Below, piece by piece: positions 14,567 to 27,515 of a DNA stretch of 64,000 bases; position 1 is the first letter of the stretch; every line of letters starts with the position of its first letter. A program made the translations under genes and the position numbers. The notes beneath the pieces were generated by a model. It worked only from the letters and a program-made list of their open reading frames with translations. It had not been told where the DNA came from and did not search any database. This stretch comes from Octopus vulgaris (Eukaryota): positions 88,164,001 to 88,228,000 of the forward strand of contig OX597821.1 in NCBI GenBank assembly GCA_951406725.2, read 5' to 3'.

Positions 14567-14855
14567 TTGGTGGTTATGGTGGTGGTGGTAGTGGTGGTGG
14601 TGGTGGTGGTGGTGGTGGTAGTAGTGGTGGTGGTGGTGGTGGTGGTGGTGGTAGTGGTAGTGGTGGTGGTGGTGGTGGGTGGTGGTGGTGGTAGTGGTGG
14701 TGGTGGTGGTGGTGGTGGTGGTAGTGGTGGTGGTGGTGGTGGTGGTGGTGGTGGTGGTGGTGGTGGTGGTGGTGGTGGTAGTGTTAGTGGTGGTGGTGGT
14801 GGTAGTGGTGGTGGTGGTGGTGGTGGTGGTGGTGGTGGTGGTGGTGGTGGTGTTG
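14567..14855. repeat. (GGT)n microsatellite, ~290 bp
   Basis: Direct reading; source of the poly-P/T/G/V ORFs. Confidence 0.97.
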
Positions 14856-14899
14856 TGGATGTCCTGCCATTACTGATGTGGTTATACGTGTTACTATTA

Positions 14900-17200
14900 C
14901 GTTCAAATTTCAGCACAAGGCCAGCAATTTTGAGGGAGGGGTTGTATCGGTTATATCGATCCCGACGTTGTTACTTATTTTATCGACCTCGAAAGGATGA
15001 AAGGCAAAGTAGACTTCGGCGGATTGTGGAGGCATAGAACAGCTAGCGCATCGGACGCGATGCTTTGCTTCATTTCTGCCGGCTGAGTTCAGATCTAAGT
15101 TCAGATCCTCCCATCGACAACTTAGGGGAGGGGTTGACCTACTCCGTCTCTCGACTGAGCACATAGTCTCTATGTGCTTTTAGTAGAGTTTAATCTATTG
15201 CAAAGCATTCGAGTCAGGTTTCCAAATATCTTTTCAGAATATCTCCTTCCTGGAAGGAAAGAAACATTTTTTTTTTCAGGACAACCCGTTTTCTTCTTTC
15301 TCACCAGTCTTTTAAAGCCATCTGAGAGAAAAAATTTTTTTATATCAATGTAATATCACTAAAATTTCCTAAATTTTCACCTAAATATTGATTTCAAATT
15401 TTGGCACAAGGTCAACAATTTCGTGGGTGCAGCTGTGTCGATGAAATCGACTGCAGTGCTGGTACTTATTTCATTCATCACCTAATGGATGAAATGCGAA
15501 ATCCACCTCGGCAAAACTTGACCTCAGAATGTAAAGATGGGCGAAATGCTTATCAGAATTTTGCCTGGCGTGCGAATGTGTTTATTTAAGGCAGCAGCCT
15601 GGCAGAATCGTTAGCGCGCAAGAAAAAATGTTTAGCGGCATTTCGTCCGCCCTTACTTTCTGGGTTCAAATTCCCCCAGGTTAACTTTGCCTTTTATCCC
15701 TTTCGGGGTCGATGAAAATAAGTATCAATTGAATACTGAGGTCCATATACACGATTTATTCCTTCCCCCAAATTGCTGGCCAAATTCGTGCCAAAATTTG
15801 AAATCAATATTATTATTATTGCTGGTGTTGGTGTTGGTGTTGGTGGTGGTGTGATAGCTGCTATTGTTGTTACTCCTTTTGGCGTTGTTGGTGGTGCTGT
15901 TGCTGTTGTTATTAGTAGTGATGGAGTATTCTTTGGTGTTTTTGCTGGTGCTAGTAATAGTGGGTTCTTTGTCGATGTTATTAATAGTCTACTTGCTGCT
16001 TTTGTTGGTCGTGATGTTGTTGTTGCTATAGTTGCTATAGAAGTTGTTGGTACTGCTTGTGCTGATGTGAGATGCGTTGTTGTTTTTGTTGTAGGTAGAG
16101 TTGTTGTTGTTAGTTGCAGTGATTTTTCTGTTACCATTATCTTTGTCATCAGCAAGGCGGTATCCTGGCTTAATCGTTCGCACGCCAAGCAAAATGCTTA
16201 GCGGCAATTCGTATGTCGTTGAGTTCTGAGGTCAAATTCCGCCGAGGAATGTCGGAGTCGATAAAATAAGTAGCAGCCGAGCACTTAGGTTGATGTAATC
16301 TACTTACTCCTTCCCTGAGACTGCTGGCCTTGTGCCAATATTTGAAACCATTTTCTTTGTTAATTTTGACGCTTTTCTTTTGGTTATTGATGTTGTGTGT
16401 GGGAAAGAGAGAGAGAGAAGGAGAGAGAGGGGGAGATAGAAAGAAAGAGGAAAGGAGAGAAAGAAAAAGAGAAAGAGAGAGCTGAAACAGAGAGACATGA
16501 CAAACGCCTCTGATAATGAAAGCTTAGCTTCGATGCAATGCAGGGCTGTGTAGTATGGTTGATTATAACGTTGCTGTGTAGCCCTAGTTGTAGTGTAGCA
16601 CACTCGATCGGGAACACCATGATGATACCATCAAATAAGTTCTTTGCATATTTAAGGCGCTGTGTGCGATTTCAGAAAGATATGCCAGTTATTTGAAATA
16701 TGACGGTCGTCATGGTACAGGCTCTCTCACTGTGCAGCGATGTATTTGATGCCAAGCACTGGCGCGTGGGAATGAGAAGCATGTGCTGTAGTGATTGAAT
16801 TTGTGTCTAATTAGTGTGCATTGCGAGATCGAGTCTAATTAGTGTAGTTAGTGAGAAATAAGTCCAATTTGCGTTGTGTCATACAAAATCAATTGATAAC
16901 TGTTATATATAATTCCATCTACAATAAGTAGTAACTGCGAGGAATCCATATGTACTGTTACTGTGATCACGTGGTTACTATGATGATGTGTAAATATTGG
17001 TTTCAAATTTTGGCACAAGACCCGGAATTTTTAGGGAGGGTGCTAGTTGATTACATCGACCCCAGTGTTCGACTGGTACTTAATATATCCACCTCCGAAA
17101 GGATAAAAGATAAAGTTGACCTCGGTGGAATTTGAATCCAGACAAACGAAATACCGATATGCATTATGCCAGGCGTTCTAACGATTCTGCAAGCTCGCAA
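14900..17200. mobile_element. Cluster of family-B SINE copies: ~14900-15025(-), 15395-15580(-), 15589-15805(+), 16155-16348(+), 17000-17200(-)
   Basis: Recurrent aaggatgaaaggcaaag / cctttcggggtcgat..aataagta and ttggcacaagg ends. Confidence 0.85.
15100..15412. repeat. ~300-bp dispersed repeat, copy 2 (copy 1 at 2337-2640)
   Basis: Colinear, diverged match to copy 1 including the adjoining SINE tail. Confidence 0.8.
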
Positions 17201-17224
17201 ATGTAGCGCTACGCAATATATTGT

Positions 17225-17545
17225 AAAAGACATTCTTCGGTCTTGAATGATCATGAAATTGCACCTGGCAAGTTCCCCGCCAAGGCACAAGTCCGAGCAA
17301 GGTTGTCTAGGGAAGCCCAGCGATCGCCCCTGCATGCCAGTCTCGCCTCTTCACGCCACCGATATTAGGAAAAGGCAAAGGCCCCATCCGTGACGTTGCA
17401 ACCCATTTCAACAGCTGAGGGAACTTGAGCAACGGGAAATAAAGTGCCTTAAACAAGAACAAAGCGTACAGCCCATCCAGGAATCGAAATCGCTACTTCA
17501 TGTTTGTGAGCGCGATGCTCTAACCACTGACCATGTGCCTTCACA
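17225..17545 (-). mobile_element. Family-C tRNA-SINE (second copy ~57630-57950)
   Basis: Shared aggcacaagtccgagca..gttgt, aaataaagtg.ctt...caagaac and a tRNA-like head (ggaatcgaa..., ctctaaccactga). Confidence 0.75.
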
Positions 17546-18260
17546 TTATATATATAACGTAGTAACCCGCCAAATTTAGAAGCGTAGTAAATAGTGTAGT
17601 GCATTGCTGTAATCTAGTTATATGAGGAAGTATAGTGTAGTGTTCTCTGCTAATGAATTGTTAGTGTATTAGATATGCACGTATATTCATGTATAATACA
17701 TATTAGGGTAGAAGTGCAGCTACCGTGATGAAGTGTAATATTTGTCACTTTATACTCAGTGTGATAAAGTGTAGTCTTAGGTTTGTAGAGAATTTAGTGT
17801 GGCGAGTTGTAATAATGTAGCAATGTACTTAGTGTATGTATAGTAACGATAAAGAATAATATGGAATTAGTGAAAGGTGTTATAATAACGGATAGAAGGT
17901 TTGTGTAGTGAATGTGGTATAGGTTAGGAAAACAGCTGTGTTCTGTAGGTTGGAAAGTAGTAGATTATATATGTAAGGAATATAGAGAAGGAACAGAAGG
18001 TTGGTTTAGAAATACCTGTGTTATAGTCGTTGAGACATATATATATATATATACAATCGGGTACGGGTATGTATTCTTTGATGGATTCGATACATATGCA
18101 CACATATATCTTCACACACGCACACACACATACACGTACGTACGCACACAGATGCACATACACACGTGCATGTGAGTATATCTGACTCTGGGTGTGTATA
18201 CATGAATATATGTATATATCTATGTATATTTGTATACATATATATATATATATATATATA

Positions 18261-19569
18261 CTAGCAGAGATACCCGGCGTTGCCCGAGTTACATACAATT
18301 GCAGAATTAGACTTTTCTGTTATATTTTCTCTAATGCACTGGAATATCTCTGTTTCGATTTTCATCAAAATTGCAGATGAGGGTTATTTCCCTCTTTACA
18401 CACACCCCAAAAATTGTAATCGTGCCACATATATCCCTTACTACTGATTTTTATGCGCATATTCCAAAATTCCAGTCTTATTGAACCTGTTAAAAAGATT
18501 TTGCTCCTGAAAAATGAAGGTCATAGAGCTCTCTAAAATGTGAGAGTCCCCTGTTGGGGTGGGCATATTAATGTCAACCAGAGAGGTTGAATTGTTGAGA
18601 ATCTTTTTTACTTTGGTCTTATATCTATTGTTTGAATTTCTTTAAAATAGGAAATATATGTCCACTGGGTTTGTAAAAGAGAGCAAAGCTACAGGAAACC
18701 AAAAGACGAATGATCACAATAAGCAGTCAGTTACCCTACCCTATTCGTTACCACTCCCAATGTAGGATTCCTCACCATCCAGGTGACAGGCACAGCCGTA
18801 AGATGCATTACGAATCTATAGCAATTGGAAGGGCGTGACCCAACTGAAATAAACATTAACAACTGTGTGATGTGAGGGCTAATGATAAATGAAATTTGGA
18901 GTTTGCAAATGACCACTATACTGATATGTAACTGGACAGAATAAATTTACAATCTATAAACGTCTTTGAATAACCAGTCACTCATCTATGAAGACTTTGA
19001 AATCAATGTTACCATCTGGGGACAATGTGTGACCGAGTGATAATAAAAAGACTGAAAGGAGGTCTGCAATCAAATAACTTTACTCAACACTTTGCAACTG
19101 AATCAGTGGAGGCAAAGATGCCTCTCATTTACTTGACAATTTATGCAGCGCATTGCAGAAATCACAATGTAAGTGTATGTCAAAGCAAACTCTTACACTG
19201 TTGTACCACTGAATTACAAATAATGCTCAACTTTTATGCTCGGGTAACCCTACAGCTTCCAAGAGCACAACTGTATTCGTTTTTGCTTTGATAAAATGAC
19301 AAAATTGTGGGTGTTAAGTCCCCGTGGTGGGGTCTTTATAACTTGTAAGAAGATGAAATTTTATAAATACTACTTCATTTGTGTCTAATATCTATGGTTA
19401 AAATTTCCTCAACAGCAAAAAATATGAATTGTCATGGGATTATGGCCCTTATGCATAGAATTTCCAAATTTCATAAAGATCCATTCAGTACTTTTGACCT
19501 AGTTTTGGATCAAAAAAGAAATGACTAAAATTTTGGAGTTAAGGCCCCTATTAGGGTTTTATATATATG

Positions 19570-19573
<4 letters not shown>
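18261..19573 (-). mobile_element. Non-autonomous Helitron, ~1.3 kb
   Basis: Minus-strand 3' end ctcgggcaacgccgggtatctctgCTAG|t (hairpin plus CTAG). Likely 5' end a|TCtacatatatataaaa with aaatttcataaagatcc subterminal motif. Confidence 0.65.
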
Positions 19574-19617
<44 letters not shown>

Positions 19618-19910
19618 GAGATAGATATAGATATATACACACACACACATACAAAGATACATTGATAGATACAACTGATTGGGCAAACAAAAATATGAGA
19701 CACAGCCTAGTGCTTTTTTTATGTTGATAAGCCTGGTACTTATTGTATTATTTTGTTCTTGTGAAACCAGTAAGTTAAGTGGATGTAAATAAATGAACAG
19801 CAGTTGTGAAGCAGTGATGAGGACGAAACACAGAGACAAAGACACACACATACACGTACATATATATATACATATATATACGATTGATTTGTCTACGAAA
19901 TCCATATATA

Positions 19911-21565
19911 TTGTTGCTGGCATCCTTTTTGTCTCGGGAGACAATGGAGTTGCGCATAAAATAATCTAGTCCGGCTTTTACATTTCATGTCCTAATACAT
20001 CTCTTGCTGTGGCTGTGTAGTCCTATCCTGGACAATCACTCCCTCTGGCAGGTGCCGCAAATGTAGCGAAGACTTTGCCTGGCTGGTTGTAATGTCATGG
20101 TTTCTTGTTGAGGTCTTTTCTTGTCTTTCCATTTCTCCTCTCTCTCTCTGTCACTCCTTTGTATTCCTTCTTATACGGTGCGTCGCCAATCTCCACGGTT
20201 GCTGGCAACTGCTTCCCAGTTGGTAATATTGATGTTGCAGGCATTCATGTCCCTTTTGCAAACATCCTTGTATAGTAAGCACGGTCTTCCCACAGACCTA
20301 CTGACCCTAGCAAGCTCTCCGTAGAGTATGTCCTTGGGAATTCTGCCATCTTCCATTCAGCTAACATGTCAAAGCCATCTCATACGTCTTTGTGTGAGGA
20401 GTGCAAACATGCTTGGTATTCCTGCTTGATTGGGGACATCTTTGTTTCGGACATGATTCTGCCATTTGATGCGAAGGATTTTCCGGAGGCAGCGCAGGTG
20501 AAAGATATTTAGGCGACGTATGGCGTCGTATGGCGTATGTATGGCGTCCAAGTCTCACTTCCATACAGTAGAGTGCTAAGTAGACATGAAACTCATGAAG
20601 GTGCCGACCAGGATAGTGTTTTTGCCGGTTTTGATGATCTCTAAGGGGATGACGTCTTTTCGCGGAGCATTGTTACTTGCTAGGGAGTCAATAGCCTTGG
20701 TAAGCTCTGCTATAGATGGCAGACTGTCAAGTTCACACATGACTGGCAAGATCTTGATACCCTCGATTGCAGCCTCAGATACCGTTGTCTCTCGTGAGTA
20801 GAGATCCTGGTAGTACTCCACCCATCTATCCATTTGCTTGCTTTGGTCCTTGATGAGATCTCCAGTAGTTGATTTTAGAGGGGCTGACTTGGTTGCGGAT
20901 GGACCGAGGGCCTTCTTCAAACTGGCATACATCCCATGGGTGTCGCCACTGTCAGCAGCTGACTGGATACTCTGACAGAGTTCTTCGAGTGACTTTGTAG
21001 AAGAATCACTCTTGCATTGCATCAGAGCTGCACGCTTTGTTTGGATAACTGTTTCCAGCTCTGAGAGCCCAGCACTGAACCAATCTGGGTTTTGCCTTTC
21101 TCTCATGCCGAAAGTATCTATTGATGTGGTATACAAAGCTTCCCTGATATAATTCCACCTACTTTCAGCAGAGGAGGTTGGGCAGCTACTGAGGGCAACC
21201 TTCATAGAAACAGCAAAACATTTTCGCAGTGTAGGGTCTGAAGTTCTGGCAGTGTTAATGCGTGGTCGGCCCATTTTCTTAGAGTGATGGACTTTCTTAG
21301 ACAGAATCCTTACTCTGCTTCTTATTAGTGAATGATGTATGTCACAATCCGCACTGTGGTAACTACGGGTCAGTTGAACAGAATTCATAAAGGATCTTCG
21401 TGTAATGATGCGATCACGCTGATGCCAGTGGTGAGATCTTGGATGTCTCCAAGATGCCTTGTGGGATGTCTTGTGGCAAAGAGTCTGTTGGTGACGCACT
21501 GGTTATGGTATGTGCAAAATTCAAGTAGTCTCTGACTATTGTCATTCACGTTGCCTATATCAAAA
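19911..21565 (-). mobile_element. RTE-clade LINE relic, 5'-truncated, with the reverse transcriptase core deleted
   Basis: APE C-terminal motifs (NDNSQRLLEFC, SWRHPRSHHWHQRD, SADCD..H), linker, then a jump at ~20585 to STLLYGSETW, FHLRCLRKILRIKWQ, RRMRWL, MEDGRIPKDILYGEL, YKDVCKRDM, terminal CxxC..SRIGLHSH, and 3' UTR ccattgtctcccgagac. Frameshifts present. Confidence 0.93.
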
Positions 21566-21634
21566 CACACACACTTACATATATACATTCATATATATAC
21601 GATTGATTTGTTTCAGTTCCTGTCTACGAAATCC

Positions 21635-21694
<60 letters not shown>

Positions 21695-21999
21695 AGATAA
21701 ATCGATAGATACAAGTGAGTGGGCAAGCAAAAATATGAGACACTGCGTAGTGCTTTTTTATATTTTGATAAGCCTGGTACTTATTCTATCAGTTTCTTCT
21801 TGTGAAACCAGTAAGTTATGGGGATGTAAATAAACGAACACCAGTTGGGAAGTAGTGATGAGGGAGAAACACAAAGACACACACATAGACTTACATACAT
21901 ACATACATATACATACAATTGATTTCTTTCCGTTTCTGTCTACAAAACTCTTCTCTTCTCTTCTCTTCTCTTGATGTGATGTGATGTGATGTGATGAGA

Positions 22000-22175
22000 T
22001 GTCGTGGACAGTGAGCCCGATGGCGCCCAGAGCCTTGCCCATGAAACTCCATGGTCCCTAAGTAAAGCATGTGTAAAATTTGAATGAAATTGGTTGTGTA
22101 GTTCTCAAGTTTTAGGGATTCACAAAGACAGACAGACACACACACACACACACATTATGCTTTGTACTATTAAGA
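22000..22175 (-). mobile_element. Helitron-like 5' terminal fragment
   Basis: aaatttgaatgaaattggttgtgtagtt...(gaca)n(ca)n...ttaaGA|t, same layout as the 5' end of the 22819-23193 element. Confidence 0.5.
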
Positions 22176-22818
22176 TATGTCTACAAATGTGGAGAAGAGC
22201 CACTTAGGGAGGATAAAGGGATACAAAAATAAATAAATACCTCAACTATCCTTTCTTCTCCACTAAATACAACTTTCAAGAGAAACTGAAGAGTGAGTCC
22301 TTTCATCACAACCCATTTCCCCTACTTTCTTCTATGTTTCATGATATTTATTAAAGGGCGGCAATACTTCAATCTCTAGCCTCATATTTTTTAAGTGGTG
22401 CTTGAAGGAGTTGATGAAGTTTGAGAGAGGGGGTGAAAGAGAGAGAGACTGTGAGACGCAGAGAGAGAAACAGAGACAGACGGAGAGGGAGTGAGGGTGA
22501 TACAGAAGTCAAAATCAAAAGTATCGTCAATTCTGTCGGTCACATTCTCCACACTATTTTTGTCACCAGAGCTACCGTAGAAGTGAAAGCTTCTTGTAAT
22601 TCATTGCTCAAGTATGTTGATACTGTGATCTTCTCGAGTGCAGAAATGATATATCTAAAGAGTTTATCCCTAATCGGCAATGCAGTTCCATCATCAACAG
22701 CAATGCTCATCAAAGGACTTTTGAAAATTCTCATAAATTGTCAACCAGAAAAAAAAAAAAAATTAAACTGATTAGAACTACAAATGAAGTCATTCTTTTT
22801 CTTTTTTTTTTTCAAATA

Positions 22819-23193
22819 CTAGCAGTATCGCCCGGCGTTGCTCAGGTTTGTAAGGGAAATAACTATAAAGCATTTTTAGAGAGTTATAGCCAAAAAAGAG
22901 GAAAAAAATGATGGTAAATTTTTTTTTGAGATTTAAAAATGGTAGAGTTGCGTCCCCTAGACAGTTTGTGGTTCGTATTCCTGATTCTCGACCCCATGTC
23001 GAATTTATCGATTTTTTTCAGAACTGGGGGAACTTTTCAAAATTTTCGCTGCGTTAGTTTTGAATTATGACATTGGGCTATGTGTGTGTCAAGTTTCATC
23101 AGAATCGGTTGAAAGCCGTGGTCAGGGTGAGGGTACAAGCAAACAGACACACAGAAACACGCACAGACAACCTGCCGTTTATATATAGAGAGA
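22819..23193 (-). mobile_element. Complete short non-autonomous Helitron (375 bp)
   Basis: Minus strand a|TCtctctatatataaacggc ... cctgagcaacgccgggcgatactgCTAG|t. 5' TC, 3' hairpin plus CTAG, inserted between A and T, no TSD. Confidence 0.85.
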
Positions 23194-23283
23194 TATATAT
23201 ATACATATATATATATATGCATATATATACATATGCATATACACACACACACACACACACACATATTTATATAGTATGTACAC

Positions 23284-23680
23284 CAGGTACGGCGAAGAAA
23301 CTGTCGTCTCAATTACGCAAAAATGAAAACACTGACATATCATTTTAAGAGACATATTTAACAAAATTACATAAAAATGTCTTGTAATCACAGCAACGGT
23401 GTGATGTTGACTGGATGATTGATTTTTATCGCTCTCGGTACATGTTTTCAGATTGACACTCAAACACTCTGAAATGGTCTGGAGCTTCCGGCGGGAAAGC
23501 CAAGCAGTACAGCAAGTCGTTTTCAAATTTCTGGCTGAGTGAATTCCGTGATGATGCTGTTTTTCTCACAGGTGGTCCCCAACAGATGCTACTATACTAT
23601 GTAGTTGCTAAAATCAAAAACATGCCATGCGCATGCGCAAAATAAATATAGCATGGTGAAAATTTACCCACCGCAACCTG
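23284..23680. mobile_element. Tc1/mariner-derived non-autonomous element
   Basis: caggtacggcgaagaaact ... aatttacccaccgcaacctg|ta imperfect TIRs; internal ISECLSVNLKT resembles a transposase N-terminal HTH remnant. Confidence 0.45.
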
Positions 23681-23782
23681 TATCTCCAAAAGTTTTTTAT
23701 CCTCTCTCTGTTTATTTCCACGTGTTCCCTTCTGTTGAAGACTTTCTCCCCTTCCCGAGTGTCAAACTAATACACCTGCTTC

Positions 23783-23880
<98 letters not shown>

Positions 23881-23886
23881 ATATAA

Positions 23887-24909
23887 TTAATCAAAGGACA
23901 TACTAGATATGTCTTCCTGCTGGAAATAACAGTCATAGCTCTAATTTAAATCATCAAAATACACTGATAATAAGTACAGAAATCAACCATCCAAAGGCAA
24001 ATGAGATAAGACAGTCTTTCACCACACATTCAAGTATTTCGACTCACGTGGACCGGTTTCTGGACTGGCAAAATAACATAACCTTCTTCAGCACGCGTTA
24101 ACATGATAGAGAACCCCGACCCGTCGTGTCGAAGTCTACGCTGTGATTCATTTTGCATCGAAATCATGGTAACCACCAGTGTGAAAATAATTTCAATACG
24201 GAACATAAATAATTCACGAAAACTTAATTTGCGAAGGTACCATTGACTCTGATATTATCTAGTGTAACTATTTAAAAATGATAATAACAATCAGCAATAT
24301 GAGCGATTGCCGGCTAAAAAAAATCCTTAATTAGCTGAAGGATTAAAATTAATCAAAGGACATACTAAGTATGTCTACCTGCTAGAAATAACAAGCAAAA
24401 CTCTTATTTAAATCGCCAAAATACAACGATAATAACTACAGAAATCAACCATCCGAAGGCAAACAGGATAAGACAATCTTTCAGCATACATTCAAGTATT
24501 TCGACTCTGGACTGGCATAATAGCCTCATCTCCCTCAGCAGGCGTTACCATGATAGAAATCCCCAACTCGTCGTGTCGAATTTTGTCCTGGAACTGATTC
24601 GTTTTGCGTCGAAATCATAGCAGCCATCTTTGAGAAAATAATTTCAATAAAGAGCAAATAATTCACGAGCAAAATAATTCACGAAAAAGTAATTTGCGAA
24701 GATACCATTGACTCTGTTATTATCTATTGTAACAATTTAAAAATGATAATAACAGAACCAAAAATATAGGCGATAGGAGGAAACCCACCCAAAGGCATGA
24801 AACAGCTGAAGGATTAAAATTAATCAAAGGACATAAATACCTGCTGGAAATATCAGTCTTCGGTGTATTTTGGCGATTTAAATAAGAGTTTTAACTGTTA
24901 TTTCCAGCA
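23887..24909 (-). repeat. Tandem array of ~465-bp HHR-bearing units (2 units plus a partial third with an inverted end); PLE pseudo-LTR / retrozyme-like
   Basis: ttaatcaaaggacata starts at 23887, 24350 and 24820; units colinear and diverged; 24858-24909 is an inverted copy of the unit start; array begins at a (TA)n tract. Confidence 0.85.
24046..24096 (-). ncRNA. Minimal type I hammerhead ribozyme, GUC site
   Basis: Minus strand: gcgtg-CTGAAGA-agg...cca-GAAA-ccgg-TC-cacgt. Palindromic ACCGGT loop III; stem II weak. Confidence 0.6.
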
Positions 24910-25615
24910 ATATACACGTGTGTGTGTGTTAAGTTATAAATAAATATATATGTTTGTTTGAATGTGTGTGTTTATAATTAGATATATATATAATTGCATA
25001 TAGACATAAATGCACACCCACATGCATATACATGCACATACATGCATACATACATACATACATACATACATACATACATACATACATACATACATACATA
25101 CATACATACATACATCCTAGGGACTACATTGTCCGCCATGTTGTTTCATATTTGAAGATAGCAGCGTAAAATGCTGTCGATAATCGTAGCGTTATCGCTG
25201 TTAGTGGCAGCGGCATTGGCGGTGGGTCTGGTAGTGGTGATTATGGCAATAGTGATGACGATGGCGATAGCGGTGGTATGGCTTTGGGTGTTGGTGATGG
25301 TGGTGGCATCGCGTTGATGTTGTTTTTGCGAATGTACTGATGCTTACGTTGTATTTACTGATGCTTCCATCGCTTTTATTGCGTTTATTAATGGCGTTCA
25401 TTTGTTGATGTTGCAATCTCGCCTTCATTTCTATGCAATTTGCCCACTGAAACATTTCAGCTAAAGACTACTCGACTACGAAACAATTACACAGTGAATT
25501 ATATAGAGTTTATGTCACATTGACATGGACACTACTAAACACACAACCACTTATCTTTCCTCTGTGGGTTATATATTTTATCCCTTCCTATTTCTCTCTC
25601 TCTCTCTCTCTCCTC

Positions 25616-25702
<87 letters not shown>

Positions 25703-25717
25703 ATATATATATATATA

Positions 25718-25764
<47 letters not shown>

Positions 25765-26324
25765 ACAAACACATATATTTACATATATACACATATATAT
25801 ATATGTATTTATATATATATATATTTATATATACATATATGTATACAGATATATATATATGTATATGTATATGTATGTTTGTAAGTATGAATGTGTGTGC
25901 ATGCCTATGTATGTGAGCGGATGTATATGTGTGTATGAGAGGATACGTGCTTGTAGAGGAGCAGGTTCGAAATTGCAATAAACTTAGAATACACTATATT
26001 TCAATATAGGTACAATCAGATCTACGCATCTGCACTACCATGCTCAATGCGTCTGACCACAGGGTACGTCCTTCTACGTTAACCTACTTTCTTTTCAGTT
26101 TATGTCACACATAAGTGCGCCCGCTCGTGCGTACGAGCATATGTGTTTGTGTGTATGTACATATAAACACACATATACACATATATGTACACTGACATAC
26201 ATTTACAGATATATATATATATATATATATATGCAAAAATACATTATACATAATTCCTACTAAAACATGCTAGTGAGCTGTCAAGAGGAATATTAGTTCA
26301 CGCAGTACATGTGTGTGTGACAGT

Positions 26325-26355
<31 letters not shown>

Positions 26356-26499
26356 AAGAGAGAAGAGAGAGAAGAAAGAGAGAAAGAGAGAAGAAGGAGA
26401 AGAGCGAGAGAATATACGAATATAAATTGACATAAAATCTATGTGTGAGTGTGTGTGTGCGTAGGTGTGCGCCTGGGTGCGGTTTGAGTTTGTTGTCTC

Positions 26500-26795
26500 A
26501 TCTTAAGGCCGCCCGGTTTATTTCTACACCGGTCAACACGGCGTCACTTTGAGCAAGTAAGCTTATTTTACCATACTCCAGACTACTCAGATGACATGAG
26601 TACCAGACGTCTCCTGGTGCAGCTCAATTTCTGTCCCTGTAACCATCCCGTCTTTCATACTCCTCTGCCTCACAATGAGGAATTTTGGGAGCTCCTCAAT
26701 GCCTGCTCTCGATGACATACGGACATGAAAGAAATCACACAAACGAGGTCCAATCCATCAGATCATACTCGCTTGGAAGTGACGGCTAAGCACAT
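26500..26795 (+). mobile_element. Probable further tRNA-SINE (family D), decayed
   Basis: B-box-like cccggtttatttc, then ctttgagcaagtaagctt and atgagtaccag motifs. Confidence 0.45.
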
Positions 26796-27303
26796 ATAAT
26801 TAAGATGTATTGTATAAGATTTTTTTCCATTCGTAGTGTTTTCGGGTTATCACAGCCGCCACTAGAAAGCATAATGCAAATTCGGTTATTTGATGTTGTA
26901 TAATTGTTGTTGTTCTTAACGATCTTTAATATTTATGTTTTCTTGTTTATTACATTATTGATAGTGATGTATAAACACAATGGCGAAAATGTTACTTAAG
27001 ATGGAATAAAACGAAGGAAAAAAACGAAGACGTATTATGTAAAGATCCAATTAACGAGACTTGCCTCAGTTAATCAATACACGTGCTATGTATATATTAT
27101 GTATGATGTATGTATATATGCATGTGTGTGCATGTAAAGATGCACACAAAATGTCTGCTTTTGTATATACAAATGTATAACGTACATCCACACACACACA
27201 CATATAAACTGAGGGAAAACATGTACGTGTAATGTGTGTATATATATGTTTATACATGTGTGTGTATGCATATGCATACATATACATACATATATATATA
27301 TAT

Positions 27304-27348
<45 letters not shown>

Positions 27349-27366
27349 CATACATATATACAGACG

Positions 27367-27398
<32 letters not shown>

Positions 27399-27399
27399 C

Positions 27400-27515
<116 letters not shown>

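Noticed and set aside
15694-16201. Mucin-like or hydrophobic ORFs
   Set aside because: Degenerate (GTT/GCT)n tract between SINEs; ORF ends run into SINE sequence.
22540-22734. 64-aa ORF MRIFKSPLMS...
   Set aside because: No acceptor AG after the T tract, no recognisable motif, lies among Helitron pieces.
26847-26870. tatcacagcc match to the miR-2 family 5' end
   Set aside because: Rest of the mature sequence and a precursor hairpin are absent.
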